A stretch of DNA of 60,421 nucleotides, the filler included, from Stramenopiles sp. TOSAG23-2 (taxonomy: Eukaryota): the NCBI GenBank assembly GCA_900128395.1. It is 5 parts of 5 records of this genome, joined end to end, with 100 filler letters (N's around TTAATTAATTAA, not from the genome) between each part and the next. Parts side by side here need not be neighbours in the genome. Positions count along the whole stretch, not along the records: positions 48,478 to 60,421 come from LT649887.1; 4 more parts are not named here. The stretch is one strand, 5' to 3'. Shown piece by piece: positions 56,111 through 60,421 of the stretch. The translations under genes and the position numbers were made by a program. Below the pieces are notes generated by a model. That model saw nothing but the letters and a program-made list of their open reading frames with translations, was not told where the DNA came from and did not search any database. The stretch's first letter is position 1, and each line of letters starts with the position of its first letter.

Positions 56111-57298
56111 ATGTTATTATCACAAAAAATATTCAAAACATCCGTTAAACGTGCAACATGTAAAACAATTATACCAACAACAACGGCAGCATGTACAACA
56201 TATCATTTTAATTATTTTTCAACTGGGAATAATAATAAAAAATTATCTCCAAATAAAATATATGTGAAAGAACGTGCAGATAAAAATAAGAAATTGGATG
56301 AGCTTGCAGGCATATCTCAATTTAAATGGAAGATTCAAGCCGGGATGCTATGTTCCAGACCGCCTGTAATAACTCCAGACGTTGAAGAATGGGAAGAGAG
56401 ATATTTTCATTTATTAGATAAAAGAGAACGTGCTACTTTTTCCGACTATGAACAAGGATTATATCCTAGGATGAAAGGTGATATTGAATATTATTATGAT
56501 GGTGAATTAGGAGAAGAGGATGATGCTGAGGATGATGATGAACAGGTTACAGCACACGAATCAGATGCTTCTACTGAGAAAGAAGATCCAGACGTAGGTG
56601 ATGTTGTGGAGGAGGATGGTGCTGAAAATGACATGGATGACATTGATATAGATGATTTGCTAGATAGTGATATTGATTTTCTAGAATATGATGTGCAAGA
56701 CGAAGAGATGGAAGAAGATATTGTGGAAGAGGAAGAATTGGATGATGGATTTGGACCTCGTGTTACAGAAGCTGATATAGCAAATGATAGGACAACTGTA
56801 AATAGACGTTTACAAGAATATGTGTATTTACTTGTTAAAAAGAAAGATCCTGAAACAGGCCAAGAAAAATGGTTTTTCCCACGTACATTAAAACCAGAAG
56901 AAAATGGTAATAATAATAATAATAATGATAATAATAATAATAATGATGATGATGACGAATCAGATGATAATAATAATAGACCTTTAAAAGATTTCGCAAT
57001 TGATAGCATTGGTCATGATATTGGTAAACAAGTTCAAGATGAATTGTATGTATATGGTAATGGTCCATCTGCTTATTATATTGAAGAGTATGAAGAGAGT
57101 AAGAAAACTGAATCTGGTTATTTTGGTGTAAAAACATTTTTTTACAAATCACAAGTATGGGGACAAACAGATGATCCACCAATGGAATTAAATTCAGATG
57201 TTATAGAACATGCATGGGTTGCAAGGGATGAAATTGAAGAATACTTAAATGTGGATGATGAAGAGTTTGGCAAGTATATGTTGAAAGTTTTGTGGTAG
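56111..57298 (+). CDS. MRPL46: Mitochondrial ribosomal protein mL46
   Basis: Presequence-like N-terminus; SRPPVITP, PRVTEADIANDRTTVNRRL..YVYLLVK, WFFP, GNGP, KTFFYKS, HAWV..DE. Confidence 0.85.
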   Translation: MLLSQKIFKTSVKRATCKTIIPTTTAACTTYHFNYFSTGNNNKKLSPNKIYVKERADKNKKLDELAGISQFKWKIQAGMLCSRPPVITPDVEEWEERYFHLLDKRERATFSDYEQGLYPRMKGDIEYYYDGELGEEDDAEDDDEQVTAHESDASTEKEDPDVGDVVEEDGAENDMDDIDIDDLLDSDIDFLEYDVQDEEMEEDIVEEEELDDGFGPRVTEADIANDRTTVNRRLQEYVYLLVKKKDPETGQEKWFFPRTLKPEENGNNNNNNDNNNNNDDDDESDDNNNRPLKDFAIDSIGHDIGKQVQDELYVYGNGPSAYYIEEYEESKKTESGYFGVKTFFYKSQVWGQTDDPPMELNSDVIEHAWVARDEIEEYLNVDDEEFGKYMLKVLW

Positions 57299-57440
57299 CA
57301 AGAGAAAGAGAATATTCTTTTTTTAAATACACCTCGGTAAAAATATACTTATATTCTATTTTTAAAAAATACGTACGGTATGATACGAGAGATATCAATA
57401 TATCTCGCCGATATATTTCCAAATGTAAAAAATATAACAC

Positions 57441-57508
57441 ATGATGATGGTTAAAATCTAAAAGTTAATAAAATAGTTTTTTACTTCTCATAAGGTATAA
57501 ATAATATG
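57441..57508. repeat. Truncated, diverged copy D of the ~80-bp dispersed repeat
   Basis: atgatgatggttaaaatctaaaagttaataaaatagttttttacttctc; gtaaaaaatata occurs on both sides (57425-57436, 57509-57520). Confidence 0.6.
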
Positions 57509-57650
57509 GTAAAAAATATATATGATGCATAATATTATAATGTGTGATTATAAATAAAAAATAAAAAGAATTCCCCCTATTATATTCGTAAAAATTCCCC
57601 TTTTTCATCTTGCTTTTTTCCTTATCTCTCATTTTACACTCCCTCTTCTC

Positions 57651-58826
57651 TTACCGTTTTTTCTTCGTTTTTTGCTTCCTCCCTCGTTCTTTGTTCTTTT
57701 TTTTGTTATCCCCATTATCTTTTGAGTTTGCAACCCGACGTAAACGATAACGTTCTCTTTCCCCTGCATCTCTTAATTGTGCTAATTCTAGTGATTTTTT
57801 ATACCTCATCTCATTTTTCATTTTTTTTTCTTCCTTTAACACCATTTCCTCAATCTTTTTATCAATTTCAGATTGCATTTTACTCATTTCTTGTTCTTCT
57901 TTGATTTCAAGATAACGTTTATGACGTTGAGGTTCATTTTCTTCAAATTTTTTTTTTTCGATCTCTTCTTGCTTTAAAATAACTTGATAATTTCTATTTA
58001 CTACATTACATATTGATTCTAAATCAATGAAATTTATATTAGGATTCCCTAAACTAATATCAAGAGATATTAATGATTTGTTTTCCTTAACAGAAGATGC
58101 AAAATTTACCCCATCATCACTTGTTAAATTGCAATATGTTAAATTTAATGTTAATATTGTATTATTTTTTGATAATGATTTTGCTAATAATTTCATACCA
58201 TTGCCATTGTTATTATTTCGCATTGTATTATGTTTTTCTTTCTTCTTATTCTTGTTTTTATTTTTTTTTCTAGTAATATTTTTATTATATTCAAGTGACA
58301 AATTTTTCAATGTTTTATTTTCCATTAAAGCTTCTCCAATTGCACCAGCAGTAATGCTTGTAAATAAATTATTGTTTAAGCATAATACTTTAATGCATTT
58401 ATTTCGTTTTAAGCAATTGGCTATTAACAAACCAATATTGTCTCTAAGAAACATTTTTGATAAATCTAAAGTATGTACAATCGATGAATTTACTATATTT
58501 GACAATAACGGCTTCGCAGTTTTCTTCGTCATGAATATATTAAATATATTTAAAGCTCCATCATCGAGTTCATCTTGTTTTGGAAACATTAATTTCACAA
58601 TTGTTTGATACGTATGCATATCGCTTGCTGCATGTTCTAATTCCTCCTTCGTTGGATCTAATAAATCTTTCAAGGCCTCTAATCGTGCATTTTCTAATTC
58701 TTCATGTAATTTCTGTTTTGCTTTTTCTTCCCGTTTCTTTTTACGTAGTTCTTCTCGTTTTTTACGTTGTAATTGTTTTTTCAACTCTAATGCTTCACGT
58801 GTTTTTTTATCTAATTTCACCGACAT
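57651..58826 (-). CDS. RNI-like leucine-rich-repeat protein with charged coiled-coil termini
   Basis: LDLSKMFL, LCLNNNLF, NKTLKNLSLEYN, NNTILTLNLTYCNL, NKSLISLDIS; likely ATG at 58826. Confidence 0.8.
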   Translation of the reverse strand: MSVKLDKKTREALELKKQLQRKKREELRKKKREEKAKQKLHEELENARLEALKDLLDPTKEELEHAASDMHTYQTIVKLMFPKQDELDDGALNIFNIFMTKKTAKPLLSNIVNSSIVHTLDLSKMFLRDNIGLLIANCLKRNKCIKVLCLNNNLFTSITAGAIGEALMENKTLKNLSLEYNKNITRKKNKNKNKKKEKHNTMRNNNNGNGMKLLAKSLSKNNTILTLNLTYCNLTSDDGVNFASSVKENKSLISLDISLGNPNINFIDLESICNVVNRNYQVILKQEEIEKKKFEENEPQRHKRYLEIKEEQEMSKMQSEIDKKIEEMVLKEEKKMKNEMRYKKSLELAQLRDAGERERYRLRRVANSKDNGDNKKKNKERGRKQKTKKKR

Positions 58827-59653
58827 TGTTTTTGCATTATTAAAGTGCACTTGTATTTGTTAAAAGTTGTAAAATATTTTGGCCAAATACGTGGTAAATA
58901 ATTATATTTTATTTTTTATTATATTATTAAAAGATTTAAAAGAGATAATTGCATTAAAATATAATATATTATATTATATATATATATAAAAATGGTAAAA
59001 TAATGCGAATATACAATTGGAACAATCCCACATAGTCTATATTATTAAATGTGTACCCCCCAAATAATTGTATATATTATATTTTGTAGTACTGTACTGT
59101 AATTCTTTCGCAAGCCGGGCCATACTTTTTTAAAAATATTATAAGTATGAATTTTGTATACTAATATTCCTATATAACCAAAAATCACATTGATAGGAAT
59201 GTTCGTATTTTCGCTGCGCTCATATTTTAAGGTACTGTATGGGCTGTGAGGCAGGGAAGAACGAAGGGAATCGAGTATGTTAGTATAACACAATTCATAC
59301 TTAATTCTATTAATATATTTTAAAAAAGTAGATCTATGACACCTTGATTTTTTATCCTTGCATGAGAACTGTCCAACGAGGAATATTAGCTCACCAGGCT
59401 CACTGTAAGGTAATACTTGGTGGTTCCTTGTTTACCACCGTGTGCGAAAACCCTTTCAGGTATAATAATTCTAAAAAATAATAGTTATAACGTGATTTTT
59501 TTCGAATTTTTCAATATAGACATTAAGCTAGACGACGACGACTATAAGGAAGAACATACATATCAAATTTCATTTCTCGCATTTGTAAATATTTCATCAT
59601 TCTTTTTTTATTTTGTGGAAAAAAATATAATATAATTTATTGTTTATAAAATC

Positions 59654-60421
59654 ATGAAGGAGGCACAAGAAATATCAGGTGATCAACAAGTTGATGTTGA
59701 TAGTGTAATAAATAATAATAATAATATTGATGAGATAAAGACGAATATATCGACAAAAGAATTATCAATAAAAGTAATTTTACCATTTTTTCCATTATGT
59801 TTGACATACCATGGTGTTAATTTGTTAATGCCCATTTTTCTTAGTATAAATTTCAACTCCTCTGACAGTTTTGTGGGGTTAACAACAAGTATCGGTTCAT
59901 TCGGTGAACTATTAAGTAGTGTACCAATTGGGAAAAGCTTAGCCTTTTTTGGTACCCGAAGAACACTACACGTTTCTCTAGTCATTATTTTATTATCATA
60001 TTTATTGTATTCAGCGGCACTTGTCCAAGAGATTGTTTTGATTGGCAATTGTTTGTTAGGGATTGGTTTCAATTCGTATTATTTGGCTCAACAGACGTAC
60101 ATAACTGGTAATGTACCACCAAAGTTCCGTGGCAAAACGTTTGCATACACAGATGGTACTTGGCAAGTTTCAGGTATTATTGGTGGTTTGTTAATTGTGA
60201 TGTTTGCAGAACTTGTTGGGTTGCATCTAGCATTTATATGTTTATGCCCGTTTATTGTGATTATATTTATATCACAAATATATTTTTTTTACGATAAAGT
60301 GAATGAAAAAGAATTGGAAGATCGTTTGGATCGTGAGGCCATTGATGATGATAACAATCACACTTTAGCCTCATCGTCATTTGATAATTTGACGATGGTA
60401 GATCCATCTCCATCCGATATT
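59654..60421 (+). CDS. MFS transporter (runs off the window; absent from the ORF track), paralogue of 12165..12748
   Basis: MKEAQEISG...KELSIKVILPF...FNSSDSFVG...SVPIGKSLAFFGTR...GNVPPKFRGK aligns by eye with KELFMKIYIPF...FNSTDTFIG...AVPVGKSIEKFGTR...GNVPVLMRGK. Confidence 0.8.
   Translation, partial: MKEAQEISGDQQVDVDSVINNNNNIDEIKTNISTKELSIKVILPFFPLCLTYHGVNLLMPIFLSINFNSSDSFVGLTTSIGSFGELLSSVPIGKSLAFFGTRRTLHVSLVIILLSYLLYSAALVQEIVLIGNCLLGIGFNSYYLAQQTYITGNVPPKFRGKTFAYTDGTWQVSGIIGGLLIVMFAELVGLHLAFICLCPFIVIIFISQIYFFYDKVNEKELEDRLDREAIDDDNNHTLASSSFDNLTMVDPSPSDI

Noticed and set aside
56494-58608. Long antisense ORFs overlapping mL46, the LRR gene and other genes
   Set aside because: Shadow ORFs arising from codon bias and low-complexity tracts on the coding strand.

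Overview
AT-rich nuclear DNA of a microbial eukaryote with GT-AG introns, poly-Asn tracts and cilium-associated genes. A flagellated protist, possibly a stramenopile, is my inference. The window is not one locus: five ~12-kb contigs (1-12064, 12165-24199, 24300-36317, 36418-48377, 48478-60421) are joined by artificial N44-TTAATTAATTAA-N44 spacers. Contig 1 is a 12-kb palindrome, probably an amplification/assembly fold-back, carrying primase small subunit and a 5'-truncated DENN-IQ gene. Contigs 2, 3 and 5 carry host genes: MFS transporters, TMEM135-like, NSUN2-like, a MIO-less peroxisomal HAL-fold lyase, NICN1, PAN2, KdsB, D-glutamate cyclase-like, kinesin, DAGK-family kinase, an OB-fold protein, a FAR-acyltransferase fusion, mL46 and an LRR protein. 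The best candidate for an undescribed system is in contig 4 (~39430-48377). It is a GC-richer, intronless, compact virus-like element led by a ~1070-aa orphan with a divergent tyrosine-recombinase signature. It encloses an AT-rich cassette with a Cys-rich, probably GPI-anchored surface-protein gene, bracketed by ~90%-identical 87-bp direct repeats that fold into bulged hairpins. All family assignments come from motif recognition by eye; no searches were run.
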